Source of the DNA: Chrysomallon squamiferum
Lineage: Eukaryota > Animalia > Mollusca
Assembly: GCA_012295275.1 (NCBI GenBank)
Contig: CM022674.1
Span: 10,602,001-10,666,000 of the forward strand
DNA length: 64,000 bases
Direction: 5' to 3'
Shown here: piece after piece, positions 41,765 to 56,461 of the stretch
How the letters are laid out: every line of letters begins with the position of its first letter
How positions within the stretch are numbered: the stretch's first letter is position 1
Notes under the pieces: generated by a model
What the model was told of the DNA's origin: nothing
The model's database searches: none
Seen by the model: the letters and a program-made list of their open reading frames with translations, nothing else
Made by a program: the position numbers and the translations under genes

Positions 41765-44700
41765 ATGTTTTATGATAAATAAAAGTATATGTTTGCCAAA
41801 ATAAAGATTAACTACTTGTGTTCTCACTTTTCAATCTGCATAAACATTGATTATTATGTTAATTAAGATAATCAATGGTCAGGTTCATTTCAGAAGTAAT
41901 ATTCTGCAGTTCTCTCCCCTGTGTAACAATGCAATACTGACCACAAGCTAAACAGTGCAACACAGACTACATAGTGGAACACCAAAGACAATGTCTGCAT
42001 TTTTCTGAAAAACTGATTTTAATCAGGACCACCTTGCAGAGAACACTCTGAAAGTTGTGTCCCTTGGATAATGACAGAATACTAACTACAAGCTAGGGTC
42101 ACTAATAATAAGGTCATCTATGTTTTCTTCTTTCTCTTTTTTTATATACAACCAACTCTATCCCCAAGATATTATCAACAATAACAGTTTCAATGCAGAT
42201 GAAGAAAAAGCCAGTTTTAAGTGAAGGACATATTGAAGTGGACATACCTGACATATTTCCCATGGATGAGCATCAGAAACCACAGTTTGATCATATTCCA
42301 TGATGAACTGTTCCCATAATTCATCAGATTCAGTGCCATAGCAACATGAGAATGACAGTTGTCACAACATAAATTGTGCTGAAGAAGATACATTACTTAT
42401 TATTTGTAGAAGAAACATCAAAATAAACTTTCAGTCAAAATTATCCAATATAAATATTTTATATATAAAATTAAATGTTAACTAAAAGTTATCCAGCACT
42501 TACACAATCAAATTACATTTCAAGCAATTATAAAAATAATAAATATATACAGATAAAAATAAAAACCACCAAACTAAATGACAATATGGCAAGTATTTTT
42601 ATACTTGTATTTCTGAAATTTAATAATAAGCCATTATTCTCACCATTCTATGACTATATTCCTCTGAAGCATCTGCAACAGCTGAGTCCCAACCATCTTT
42701 TCCATTTTTCACTTGTTGAATATCCAACTGCCAGTACCTATACACAATAACAAAAATTTAATTTCTTATCAAACTTGAAGAACACATTGACTTACTGGGC
42801 TGAATTCCAAAATACTATGGTTACAGCTATTACACTAAAATAATTTTGTAAGTTTGAAATAGGACATGTAAATTTAGCAATTTTCTTTTACTTGTGTGAT
42901 AACATCCTAATCCTAGCAAACATAACAGCTTTAAAAAAAAAATAATAATAATAATAATAATTGAATAATATCTCATATATAGTTTTAAATCTTGTATCAC
43001 TTACAAAACAAATTATTAAATCAGTTAATGCTAAATTTATTTTTTACTTTTTATTATTCTGACATCATTATTAAATAATATGAAAGCAGACATGTATGTA
43101 TATCTAAGCAGATGACTGATTTGGTATTAGATTATATTGAAAGTATTAATAATAATGTTAATGCGCAAAATGATAAATATACTAACTTTGTAGGATTTCC
43201 AAATCCCATGTTGTCTTCCTGCAATTAAATAGTTAATAAAATAATATATAAATACATATATATATATATACCTTGACTTATGAGTTTAATTTGTTTCATG
43301 ACCAAGCTAGTAACTCAAATTGCTCATATATAAAATGAATTTTCCTAAACAAAATTAATTGAAAAACCATTAATCTGTTCCAGTCCCCCAAAACCACCCC
43401 AATTTTTTGTAACATATTTTTAAATAAGAAAAATGTATGTATAAATGACAAATATTGTTTAAAAACAAAATACATGAAAATGTAAAGAAATAAATTGGTT
43501 TTGTAAAGTGAACATCTTTTCATGGACAGAGGCCTGCAGCTTAGAAATTATTTTAACACCTTTGTCTGGAGTTATAGCCTTTATCAACTCCTTCTGCTTC
43601 AGTATGGTACATATCGTAAAAGTACTACAGTATTCCCTCGCTATTCGTGGGGGTTACATTCTTTACCCCCCGCGAATAGCGAAAAACCGCAAATATTGGA
43701 TGCAGTTTTAAAACGTCTATTATGAGATTATATACGGTACTAAATGCTTCCCAAACACTTTCTAAAGACACTCTTACTCATTAATACAGTAATAATGTAG
43801 TAATATTGCATGCAGTTATGTATTTCACTAATGTAGTAATGATAATGTAAACACATTTTAATTTTGTACTGAAACAATATTTTAATCAGAAAGAAACGTA
43901 AGTACAGGAGGACAGTAACACCGCATAGCATAGTTACCCATACTGTATTACTGTACAGTAAAGTCATTTTCTATGCGTACAACATATGTGTTAGAATTGA
44001 CAGAAAGTGGAACAAATTTAAAGGCAAACAGACAGATAAATAAACAGTTCAATAATAATACAATTCAGCACAGTTAAAGGTAATAATAACAAAAAATTCA
44101 GTAATAATATGCAATTAAAAACATTATTAATACACGGTCACAAAAAATATTGTTTGTGCTGTCACCAATAATGAATGATAATAAAATGATGATGAAATTT
44201 GCAGTGCCATACGATGATGATGATAACACTAATGTACAGTATGGCACAGCTTAGCTGCTGCTTTACAGCACTTTAGGTAATTATTCCTACTCTTCAGGCA
44301 CTTAAGTCTCTATGACCTACAAAAACCCGGTTTACCGAGCATTTGTTTTTATGACGTTATGACGCTAGCCTGGTATACCAGCATACGATGCGATAGGGTT
44401 AAGAGCCTAACCCACGAACATGCGGGGCCGCGAATGGGGAACCGCGAACAGGTGAGGGTATACTGTATGCTCGTACTACTTAGCCATGTTGACAATATGT
44501 AAACACACACAAACACACACACACACACACTCACATACAAATAGGTCCAGCACTTAATTCATAAAACACACACACACAATAATATGATAGCAAAAAGAAA
44601 TGTATAAACATAATTTCTACCCAAATGAGAAAATATTAATATGCATTTAACATAGATTTCAATTCAAAAACTTTATTATTTATAAATATCAAAACATAAA

Positions 44701-45218
44701 AAAGCACTCACTGAAACAAAATAAGGGCCTGCAAAGTCACGGATAACACCAGATGTTGTAGCAATACCCATATGACCAATGACAGGTAAAAGCCATCTAA
44801 AAATAAATATGCAAAACAAACTTAAATCTAACTTGCTTAAACCTAGTAAAAGTAGTTTGTATGTGTCAAAGGCAACCCTTTCTTTTAAAGATACGAACAT
44901 TTATTTATCTCCGTTAAATATTTCGATCTCTATTTTTTTCCAATTATTTCTTCGTTTTTTCTCTTTTTTTTACTTTTTTTCATTCTGTTATTTGCAAGTG
45001 AAATAAAACAGAACTACAATCTATTAGTATTACATTACAGTAATTAGTTCGACTATTTCGTTATCTCGAAAATACATACAAAGATGCTGCACTGTACTAT
45101 GTACAGTTACTTACGTTAGACAGGGAATTGGAGTCCACACAATACAGTGAGGATATCTGCATTTTTTGTGATCTATTGTGCTGTTTCCAGTATACGTAGG
45201 AATTGAATCCTTCATCAT
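41439..45218 (-). CDS. TMEM222: Transmembrane protein 222 (RTE1/DUF778 family)
   Basis: Exons 45218-45115, 44796-44712, 43218-43187, 42737-42644, 42378-42248 and 41538-41439, in phase: RYPHCIVWTPIPCLTWLLPVIGHMGIATTSGVIRDFAGPYFVSEDNMGFGNPTKYWQL...HNLCCDNCHSHVAMALNLM...GFIKTWLPFLILFG, the TMEM222 signature. Confidence 0.95.
43628..44465. mobile_element. Non-autonomous Tigger/pogo-like (Tc1/mariner superfamily) DNA transposon in TMEM222 intron 2
   Basis: Left end CAGTATTCCCTCGCTATTCGTGG; right end reverse complement CAGTATACCCTCACCTGTTCGCGG; flanked by TA at 43626-43627 and 44466-44467. Subterminal CCGCGAA repeats; no transposase ORF. Confidence 0.85.
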
Positions 45219-45531
45219 AACAGATCTGAAAACAGTCTCAAAAAAGAACATCCGCAAGTAAGCTTTACAATTTCCGGATGTTGTTTTTCTCAGTGTATTG
45301 CCAGCTAGGGTAGTCACGTTACATGCGGCGAAATAATGTGAAATGCAGAAGGCCTATTTAAAGAACAGAATGAAAAAGAAAAATGTATCAATTATGATGC
45401 AGGGTGAAAGGAAATATCTCCTACCGTAGACAAAAAATTATTAATCCCTTTATATTTCATATTTTAGATATAAAATTATTTTTATTTTGTTTTATTATCT
45501 GTTTATGGTTCATTGAACCTATTTCAGTATT

Positions 45532-45607
<76 letters not shown>

Positions 45608-47277
45608 TAAATAGTTACTACGGTTTAAAATGTGCAGCTGAGTGACCACAATGGATTACATAATGGATAAAGGACAAACCCCGAACGTACAAAACCTCAG
45701 ACTCGTTTATAAGGGTGTATGTGGCAGAGATGTATGTGCATCATCAGGCTTCCGAGGTCCGACAATGTGAACATAATTGTGTCAGGGGCCATGTCCTAAT
45801 GTGATGTAACGAACGTCGTTAACTTTTCACGGGGGATGGGTGCCCTAAGAATTTCTGCATACGGGCCTGCTAAAATTAATTTACAAAGATATTGATAATT
45901 TCATAACTTCTTGAGGTAACTAAAAATATCTTACGTATCGAGAAGCTTGAACAATACAGATTATAGGTGAGATGATGTAATTCCATGATAACAGTGATCT
46001 AAAGTGGAATGGGTGGGTATGAGGATATTTGTACTGTGGAGTACAAATGAAGACATTTAATATAGCTTTCTTGTAAGGTAAGATTTGTATTTATTATTTT
46101 TATTTCTTCTTCTTCTTCTTCTTCTTCTTCTTCTTCTTGCAGATTTGTTCCAGGGAGTTATTATAAGTTATGCATTAATATTATAAAAAAATTGTATAAA
46201 ACCAAAAGTTCAACTTTTTTCCACATTTACAATAGGCTGTTGAGGTTTTTGTTTTCTGGCAAAACGTTGAATTAATCGTCCTCGTACCGTTATAACATTC
46301 ATACTGAATAATTTTAGTTCGCAAAGTTAACATCAGTATTAACAATATTTTTGTCATCAGTTAAACATGCATATCGCAGGTTTGTAATAAACGGCCACTA
46401 ATGCTCCTGTAACCACGCTGTACTTGGTTATCTTATCACTGCTAGTTACGATCAATCCGGCTTTGAACGTATTCGGGTACCGACATTAACTACGGATCAA
46501 ATTTCATGTATACATAGATATCTTATTTTAGTCATATATTCTTTAAATATAAAAGTATTCTAAAAGGTGTAATACGATGCAATATTAGGATTTTGAAAAT
46601 TATATATAAATATTTTTAATATGTTTAAAAACGTCCCTGAAATGTACTGTTTCGTGTGGAGAGAGAAAGCCCCAAATCATCAGACGGTTAATTTGTGTCA
46701 ATGAGTGAGGAAATTACTTGCTTGTTTTATTTGTAATTATGTGAATATATTTAATATATAAGGATACAATTTATATGTCATATTGCTTTGATCTTGCTTT
46801 AGTTTTGGGGACTAAAAATAATAATAATAATAATAATACGTAGTTGTAGTAGTAATTAATACAGTAAATAAATAAATATATAAAATATATAGTAAAACAT
46901 ACAACGTGTTTGTGTGTATGTATTAAATATTCGAGTGTTATTGATTTATTCGTTTGCAGCATACTGAACAAGAGCTGATTGGCAGAAGATGATTTTTCAT
47001 TACTGAATGCCCTTTGACCTGAATATGTTAACAGATTTGTGCTGGTGTCTTCCCTGACTTTACCACGTATAGAAAATTACAGTGATTAGTTTGTGTTATC
47101 TCTGATGTAATGGTCAGGGAGAAAATCGCACGTGACTTTTATCGGAGTAACTCGGTCGAATGAGTCCGATCAAAAAACGCCACGGGATTTCCCCATGAGA
47201 AGGGCAGATGCGGCCATTGTCGCGGCAATTTTAAAGTACAATGGGCAGAATGAAAATCTGACTGGTACAGTCCACTG
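45219..47277. promoter_or_regulatory. Divergent promoter region between TMEM222 and the TCF19-like gene
   Basis: Head-to-head ATGs 2.06 kb apart, CpG-retaining. E2F-like GCGGCGAAA at about 45325, CACGTGAC at 47129-47136, NF-kB-type GGGATTTCCC at 47184-47193, YY1-like CGGCCATT at about 47211. Confidence 0.55.
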
Positions 47278-49542
47278 ATGGAAATATCGGAGACAGGGCA
47301 ATGGCAGTTGCGACGTATAGGTGATCCTGCAACTTGCCCAACTGTTTTAGATGTATTTCCGTAAGTTCCTTTTAACTGGTTTTAATGAATGCTTCAAAGT
47401 TCATTCACTACTGATTCAGTCATCGAATTTCATGATCAGCGTTATATGTAACACGTATTTTGAGCTAAAATAAATGGTTTATTGTGCACTAATATATTAA
47501 TTTTGCTTTGTTGCTTACAAATCATGAAAGTAATATATGTAGTTTTTTTTAAATTCTTATTCCTTGAATAGTTTTGCATAATTGACCTATAGTTAGTTGT
47601 TTCCGTGCATGCCCTAATGTCGGAATATATTGAAATCTTTTTTCAAATAATGTAATACATTTATGTTTATTTTATTTCGTTTCCGTTTTTATTGTCAATA
47701 TGTAAATAATCCTGTATCGTGGATAAAAAAAAAAACCCCACATAAAAAACAAAAACAAACATTGCCAGTTTGTGTTTTCCAAATCATCCAAATGTTCATT
47801 TCCTTTCAACAGTCCCGTTCAACACACAAAACATTATTTTGTCAGAACTTCGGTGGTGAAAGTATTGTTCTGTTAGATGGTAGTAATCAGTATTGAGTGC
47901 TCTGACACATACCAGACACACTAATATAAACACATCATATCAGTCATTATTCCTGAGATGTCCATAAAATCTCATCCTAGAAATTACTTTAAAAGTTAAT
48001 AAATTTCTTTTGAAGTTTGGGTAACCATCTCACACAAGTTAACTACATTATAATCCTTTTAACCTGATAAAATAATATTCAGAGTATTATTTCATTATTA
48101 TTGATCAAAAGCACTAGTGTATAAACGTAAACAACACTATTAACAGGGTACCGATGAAAATTTGTAGACAGGAATATTTAATATGACCCAAAAAAAAGAT
48201 AATTTAAAAAAATACATCATCACTAAAATTGAGATGAGTTTGGAATTTATATTACAGCTATGTATGTTTGTAAGAAGTTTTTAATCATCTGGATAAATTT
48301 GCTCATCAGTGGTGTAAACAGCTGTGTGGATCAAACTGATAAGTACACGTGTACTCCAGCTATATTTTCATCCTCATCAACTGAAGTGTACCATTTGAAC
48401 ATATCAAATAAAATATGTTCAACTTAACATAATGAAACTACTATCCTTTGAAACTACTTATTTACATTGAGACTAGGTGTAAATACTGTGATGAATTTGC
48501 TATCAAAGGCTGCTAGAGTGTTTCACAGGCCAGTTCTAGAACCAGTCCTCTTCTTTTCATTCACTTGACTATTAATAATACTGTTCTCTGTAGATCACTT
48601 CTGCTGGAGAGTTGTAGTTGTCCAGGCGGACTCCCTTTGCTGCTGTAGATTTATGCAGTTTGGATGACTAAAAACCAGTTACAATTAGATGACTATACTA
48701 GTCATTACAAATTAACAGATATCCTCCATCCTCTAAAATAAAATAAAAAACTGTCTTTATTGAGTCCTAAATATAAAAGGAGTTAACGCTAACAAAGTTT
48801 AAAGGATGCCATCTGTTTTCAGATTAAAACATGGAACTGTTACTTTTGGCAGAAACCATAAAAATGATTATTTTTTGGATTCTCGGCGGTTGAAGAATTT
48901 CATTTCTCGTAACCACGCAGAAATCACTGGTTACTATGGTGACAATGGATTCGAGTTCAAAATACGAGAGAAAGGCCTGAATGGAACATTTATTAATGAT
49001 GTCAGGGTAATACTACAATTTATATTTATTTACTTTTTTTATTGTTTCTTTTTTTTTAGAATTTAACTTTGTGATTAATTATAACATTCTGTGTTATATT
49101 TTATGCCATTTAAATTAATGTTATTTTTGTAAACTTTTTGATAGGTTGAAGATCAGTAAATTATTTTGGACAAAACATGATGATTTATTATTATTTTATA
49201 ATAATGGTGTTTAAAATAAAACTACTGGTTTGTTTTAAGATCCAAGGCTCATACATTCTGCAAGAAGGTGATAAAGTGACATTTGGTCACACAAATGGTT
49301 ATAAGATTCGTCCAGGTGAATACTCAACACAGCAAAACTCAGAATTTGAGTTCATTGTAAGTTTAGTTTCTTGGATATGTTTGATTGGCAATAAACTGAA
49401 TTAAAAAGGAAATAATGAATGCATAGGTCTTTCATTGGTTTAATATAGAAGAGGTATTTTGTTATTTGTAATTGGTAATGTTTTGTATAATTCAGTTATT
49501 ATTTATTCATTCAGCTGTGTTTATTTTTTTCTTCCATCCACA

Positions 49543-49637
<95 letters not shown>

Positions 49638-52033
49638 CCAGTTTAAAAAAAAAGACTCTATTTTGCCCTTTAACTGATGTAATTGGATGTATTGAGTTAT
49701 ATGTTTTTGATATATTTTTAGTTTGAGCGTGTTCCTACAGCATCTGCCCTATGTTCCCAGCACAAGCTACCATCAATTCACGATTACGACAGAAGTGAAT
49801 GCTTACAGCAGAGTTGTGAATGTAAAAACAAACTACATCCATCAGCAAACTTTACATCAGATGACCATTTTAAAAATGACCAATCAAACAATACACAGCA
49901 AGTAACATCGACAACATACATCAGTGAAAATAGTCTGGAATCAAAACACACAGAAAATAATTCACTAACAAACCATCCAAGCTGTAATTCTGAACTCTCA
50001 CAGAGTGAGTCAGTGAGTAAGACTCAGTTTGACTGTGAGTTATTGTTAAACAGTGAGTGTGGATCAAAACAGCAAGAAGGAAAGTTAGATAATGCTAAAA
50101 ATGAAAAAGGACATGAAAGGGGTCGACAGACGTCTGTTAGTGATAATTCCTGCGACAGTTTGGATAGTTTTAACTTGGATGGTAAGGTGGACCCCGTAAA
50201 TCTTCCTAATTCACCCGAGTCCTGGGAACTTCCAGATCTGGACGTAAATCAAAATGTGTTTGACAGTTCGGATAAAGTGAACTGTGACCAAACCAAGAGT
50301 GAAGAACAAAACTTTAATGATCAGGAAAATTCTCAGAAAACTCTTCAAGACATTCAGAATACAGATCACATGTCAAATAGGTTAGAAAAGTTATTGGTTT
50401 TTAATTGAAACAAAAAAAATTTGTTAAAACAATTAAATAATATATGATTTTCACCATTACAAAACTATTTTCACCACTAATAATGAGTCAATGAATAGGT
50501 TTTGTTAAAAATGCTGTTATACTCTGCTTACTTTGTTTTTATAACATTAAATAGTTAATCATCCAAACACAAAAATTAAATTTAATTAATTACATTCATA
50601 CCGTAAGTAAAAATTAATAAATTTTTGACAATGTAATTTTTGACTTAACAGTATATCAAATGTTTTAATAAAATGTATTTATACAGAATACAGATCATAT
50701 TATACCAAATACCCTAGAAAAATAGTAATATTTAAACTAAATCTGTATGTTGTGAAAGAGGGAATGATCACAGAAGTTTTCAAACATATAGGAAACATAA
50801 CTATGCAAATACTTAAAGGGACAGAAACTAATAATTTATATAGACAACAGCTATTACCAAGCTAGTTAATATTCTGAAAAGATAAATCTCTGTATGTATG
50901 AGGTTAAATGTTTTTATGGTGAGAAATGATTATTGAGTAATTTATGTATTTTAAACTGCTAATCAAATTTAAAAGTCTAATTTGTTGTTACATATTTTGG
51001 ATAAAGATTTTTGTTTTTGTTTGAATGATTAATAGAGTTTATTTTAAAACAACAACAATAATATTGACAATGTTATTAATGGATTTAGTACCTGGGGACT
51101 ACATTAATAATTTAATGCTGTCACACAGATGATTACTACCACAAAAGCTTTTGGAAGCCTGTACTTTAGTTGGCAGTATTGAAAAACATTTTACTTACAC
51201 ACAGAAAAACTATTTTTATATCAAATTTGTTTCCTAAAACAGAAGTTAACATAACTGTGTCAGAATTGTATAATAACAGAAACATATTTTCATACTCAAT
51301 ATTTTTTTCTGAACAATACATTTAACTAAATCAACATGTTAGATGTTATAGGGTTTCACATTTAAATTTTTTTTTTAAATTTTATTATTTTTAAATGCAT
51401 CAGCCTAACAAGTAACTTTTGTCTCAGCAAACTACAGAACATGATTCCATATTCAGTTCAGTTCATGCAGTCCATGTTGTTACCAGACTGTCAATTTGTT
51501 TCCTGGATGCAGATGTCTTCCTGAATAGAAACTTAGTCAAAGTTAATGAATTTTCAATTTCTAACAGATGTCACTAAATGATTTTAAATGATCCTGCTAT
51601 AAACTGATTCAAGGATTTTTTTTTTTTTTATATATATGTCTATTGATATAGATATATATATATATAGATATCAATTATTTTCTTTGTAATCTGTTTTGTG
51701 CTTATAATTTTTTTATACACTCACACACCCACATTCTGTATTGTTTGACATTTTCTGACACACTATGCAAGTTACATTCAGTTCACTATTCTCATTATCT
51801 TTTTCTTCAGTCAACATGTCATGGTTGACTTCACATTTTTATCCAGGTACAGAAATAAGTGAATAGTTAATAACATTTACAAATAATCAGGCCTGGGTTG
51901 TTGTTTTTTTGTTGTTGTTTTTTCACTTGTTTATTACATTATAAGCAGTTTTTATTTAATTTAAACTGTTATTGTATTTGTTTTTAATTATCATTTTATT
52001 TGTGTTTGATTATATGTTTGTTATTAACTAATT

Positions 52034-52105
<72 letters not shown>

Positions 52106-55100
52106 TAAAAAAAATGTACCTAAATATTCAGAGATCTGCTCTATGAGAATAAGAACAGTATGATGTGATATAAATAAATTAGGTTATCTAAATCTAGTAA
52201 ATGCTCTCTGTACCTTTTATTTTTATGTTTTATGTTTTTTTAACAGGCCTCTGATGTTGCTAGGAACAAAATTTGTACATGAGGCAGACAAAGCAATTGA
52301 TAAAGGTGTGTGAATTTGTTAGTGTGAGTTTTCAACTGAGTGAAAATTTTATTACTGTGTTTAATTTATCTGACTTTCATTGCATGTTCTTAGAACCATT
52401 TTAAACTAGTATCAAGATATATATGAGGTTTTATGTTTCTCTCTTTATTTTCCTTTCTTTATTTTATTTTATTTTATTTTATTTCAGTCTAGTCTAGTCT
52501 AGTTCTGATGCATCAGGAAATAATTTTTTCCTGTTTAAAAACACTCGTGTTTATTTTTTATTATTATTTTTTTTTGAATTGAAAGAATTTAATTCTTTAA
52601 TGCTATTTTTCTTTCGCTCTTAAAATAATTATTTCTGTTTTCATTGCCTTGCAGTCACTATTAGTTTAATATAACACAAATAGTTACAGCTGGTCTGAAG
52701 TAAAATAAAACTTAATATTACACCACAGTATAATGTTATCTCATCTGTGTTAAAAAATATATATTTTTAATATCACAATTTTAGATCTCTGTCACAGCAG
52801 TGATTCATCAAGTAGAAAAACTTACCTGAACAACAAACGAAAGAAAGGTATTTGAAGTTTTTTGTTGTGTCCAAAGGAAATGCCTTTTTTTTTTTGTTCA
52901 TTGTGTTTGATATTGTGTTTTATATAGTGTGCACAAGTAGTTTAAAAAACAATGTAAATAAATATATATTTTTTTTTTTTTTTTTTTTACTCAATCTCTA
53001 GTTTCAGAAAGCAAAAAGCATTGTAATATAAAAGAAAAATACATTTGATTCACATAACACTCCTAATAATAAAATCTATTTTTTTATATATTTCTGAAGC
53101 TGAATTAAATTCTAAATGTTGTATGGAATGTATTCACTAATATTTACTAAATGACACAAAAAATTAATTATAAATAAATTACGGTAGTTAATATTAATTT
53201 ATTTATGTTATTGTAGAAAATATATATTCACGTATGTCCAGATATAAACCACAGTAATTTTTTGGTTTTGTTAAATGAAATATTTAATTTATAACAGAAT
53301 GTCTCCAAATAACTCGTATTTTTGTAATATTTTTAGTGCCATGTTTTATATTTATCACTTGTCATAATAACATAATAAATATGCAAATTACATGTTAATA
53401 GCATATATCTTATTCCATCTGTCCAGAATTGTGCAGATTAATAATTTAATTTTAAACAAAAAAGACAAAAGTCCTCTCAGATTTGTTTACTTTCTCTGTT
53501 TCAAATACAATTTTAAATAACAATTAAATGTATATAACAACCAGTCTGCTCAATATTTCTTTAATATTTGATCTCATTTATAACATGTTAGAGTTGAGCC
53601 TACTTTTAATGGACTAAAAGTGGAGTAAGGTAGTCTGGAAAATCAAAAATCCAGAATTTCCAAAGGTTGTTAGAATTGAAATATTAACAACATAGAATAA
53701 TAGACTGAACTAAATTTACTTTAAATTCACAGTTTAATGGAGACTGAGATTATTTTGCTGTTATCATACAGTGTGAATTGGAGTGTGTTATTCTGAGTCA
53801 TTTGAGCTGTCTAGCTTTCAGGGTCTATTGTCAGTGCAGAGAAAATACAAATGTTATGTATACAGATAATTCTAAGATAACACAACTAGCCAGTATAAAC
53901 AGACAGACTTGCACATTCAAAGAGGCATCTTTCAGATAAAAAATAAACTTAGCTAACTCCTAGACAGGTCTGAATTTTAGTAGCTTTGAGAGGATTTGTA
54001 TGTTTCTTCAAATTTTTTTTGTCCTGATTTTCTGAAATAGGGATTGGTTGAATGGTATTTAGAAATAATTTTCCATTTATTATTTCAGTAAATGAATAAC
54101 AAAATATAATGGCACTGGAAATAAATTCAAAATTAAGCAAAAAGGAAAAACATATTTTCATTAATTAAAAGAAAAAACAAAACTTCTGTAATAATTAGAT
54201 TTTGCTAAATAACATGTTTTCTATTATTTTATTCAACACTAATTCAATATTGAACAAAAATTTAATTATTTGATAACATTTAAAATAAAAATAAAATAAA
54301 CAAAAATTACATGAATAATTTTTACAAATAATGTATTTATTCCTGTCAATTTATATAGCTTTTACATTGTTCTTGTTTTTTTTTAAACTTTATTTATGAT
54401 GACCATCTGTTAGTAAATATTCACACAGCACACGTGTTTTGTTTGTTTATTGTAAACATGTTTACTTTTATGCTTTTAGTGCTTTTTAAAATTCAGCACA
54501 GTACAATGTAATGATTTTAAAAACACGTATACAGACTTGTATTCATTGATACCTATACATTTTCGTTTTCATTTTAATATATTTTATTTTATTTATATTT
54601 TGTTTTATCCTTTTTTATATTATTATTATTTATTATTTAAAAGATATCTATTGTTTCAGGGCAGTCTAAGACCCGGAGACGGAAGAGAAGAAACCCGCGT
54701 TCAGACAGCGAGTCGGATCAGCTGGAAGACGGGGTGGAGTGGTACGACAACGAAACATGCGCATCGGCCAGCTGCACCCGCCCAACGTCCAAGCGGGTCG
54801 CGTGGGTGGGTTCATTAAATAGTCCTTTATTGTCAGTGTTGTTTTATTCTGAAAGTGTTTTCTTTAAAGTAGTGACGACTCTCTCTCTCTCTCTCTCTCT
54901 CTCTTACATCCCATCTCATCTCATTAAACAAACATTGTTTTCTATAAATGTATATTGATAATGAATTTAATTACAACACTAATATAATTATATTTAGGTT
55001 GAGGTAAGAATGTTTTTAATTAGAGTTGATGATATGTTTAGTTACAGGTAAAAACATGTTTAATTACAGGTGCAGTGTGACGATTGTGATCAGTGGTATC

Positions 55101-55171
55101 ACACAGTCTGTGCAGACTGCAGCTATGAGATGGTCAAAGATTCCAAAATGCAGTTCCATTGTGGATGTTAG
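47278..55171 (+). CDS. TCF19: TCF19-like protein (N-terminal FHA domain, low-complexity linker, C-terminal PHD finger)
   Basis: Exons 47278-47360, 48823-49006, 49240-49356, 49722-50380, 52247-52305, 52785-52847, 54660-54805 and 55070-55171, in phase. WQLRRIG resembles the TCF19 N-terminal FQLLRIG; FHA core FGR...ISRNHAEI...NGTFIN...LQEGDKVTFG; PHD CASASC..VAWVQCDDCDQWYHTVC...FHCGC*. The two small middle exons are less certain. Confidence 0.82.
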
Positions 55172-56300
55172 CCAAAGCTCATCACTAGTGACTTGTTCCA
55201 TTATCATTAACTTTGCCATTTGTTTAAAAAGTCATCAACATAATCACTAGAGATGTTTCACTTAATCACTAACTCTGTTGTTACATTTGAGCATTAGCTA
55301 TATTAGTTTACATTAGTCACTAGTGATACGAGACATTATGTTATTAGTGACATTAACATTATCACTAGTGACGTTTTGTTATAGCTTTATTACCAATCAT
55401 TAATTTCATCACTGACATGAATGATAATAAAATGAGCAACTTCATTGACTTTTCACAAAATTTCTTAATGTTACCTTACTGACTTTCTTTCATCACCAAA
55501 AGATGATGACACATCTTTTGTTAGTTTAAAGAATTTTTTTTTTTTAGATAACAAAATTCATTGTTCATTTGTTTTCCACACTCAAAGACGTTAAGAATTC
55601 CAGTGTAAATAGTAAAATGTTTTTAACAGTTTAAAAAAAATAGTTCAGACATTCCTTGTATCATTTTCCTGTTCATTCAGATGTTTGTTTTCATTAGAGT
55701 TGATGTGTTTTCAGTTCAAAGGTTTAAAATATGTTACTTTTCAGTTAATCACAATTATTAATAAATATTCCATTTGTTCAGGTAAAACTTTAAACACATG
55801 ACTTCTATTTCTAAGGTTACATATTTGTCTGTGTGTGTGTGTGTGTGTGTGGACACATATATAAACATATATACAAATAGTACACATTAATGGATTTTGT
55901 ACATGTTACTGTGACCCACGTCATTTTTTTCTTTGGGGTCAGCCTATGCTATCAGTCAGATGCATTTTGAAAATGGAAGATTTTTAACTGAAATTTGTTA
56001 AATTGCAGAATTGGTGCATACTTTTATAGTAAATATACTCAACAAATTGATAACGAAACAAAGTTTGTTTTTTAAACTTCTCAAACATTTATGAAACTAT
56101 AGGGCATATTTCATACAATTTACAAATAATGACTCAGTTTACACAAGTTTTATTTAATGTATAGATATTGCTAAAACATAAAAACTGTTTGTACTGAATA
56201 TTTATTATTTAGTATAAGCTGTAGGTTCAGTGGTTTATTTTGTTCTGTTTTTGTCACAACCTTTCTGTTGTTTTTCAGAAATGGTTGTTAATTTGTGTTG

Positions 56301-56461
56301 AATGAGAATAGTATTAATTTTAAAACTCTTTAATGTTTCATCATTTTGTCCTGTATAACTTAGAAATATATCTAATGAGAATAGTATTAATTTTAAAACT
56401 CAGTTTGGACATTGTTTTTAATGTTTCATCATTTTGTCCTGTATAACTTAGAAATATATCT
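56301..56461. repeat. Tandem duplication of about 73 bp (second copy has an extra ~15 bp)
   Basis: AATGAGAATAGTATTAATTTTAAAACTC...TTTAATGTTTCATCATTTTGTCCTGTATAACTTAGAAATATATCT at 56301-56373 and again at 56374-56461. Confidence 0.9.

Noticed and set aside
43296-44540. Short ORFs overlapping the MITE as a possible transposase
   Set aside because: No HTH or DDE-like sequence, and the 838-bp element is too short.
48806-48822. ATG 48806 as the start of the FHA gene
   Set aside because: It lies just upstream of a splice acceptor; the exon at 47278-47360 joins in phase and matches the TCF19 N-terminus better.
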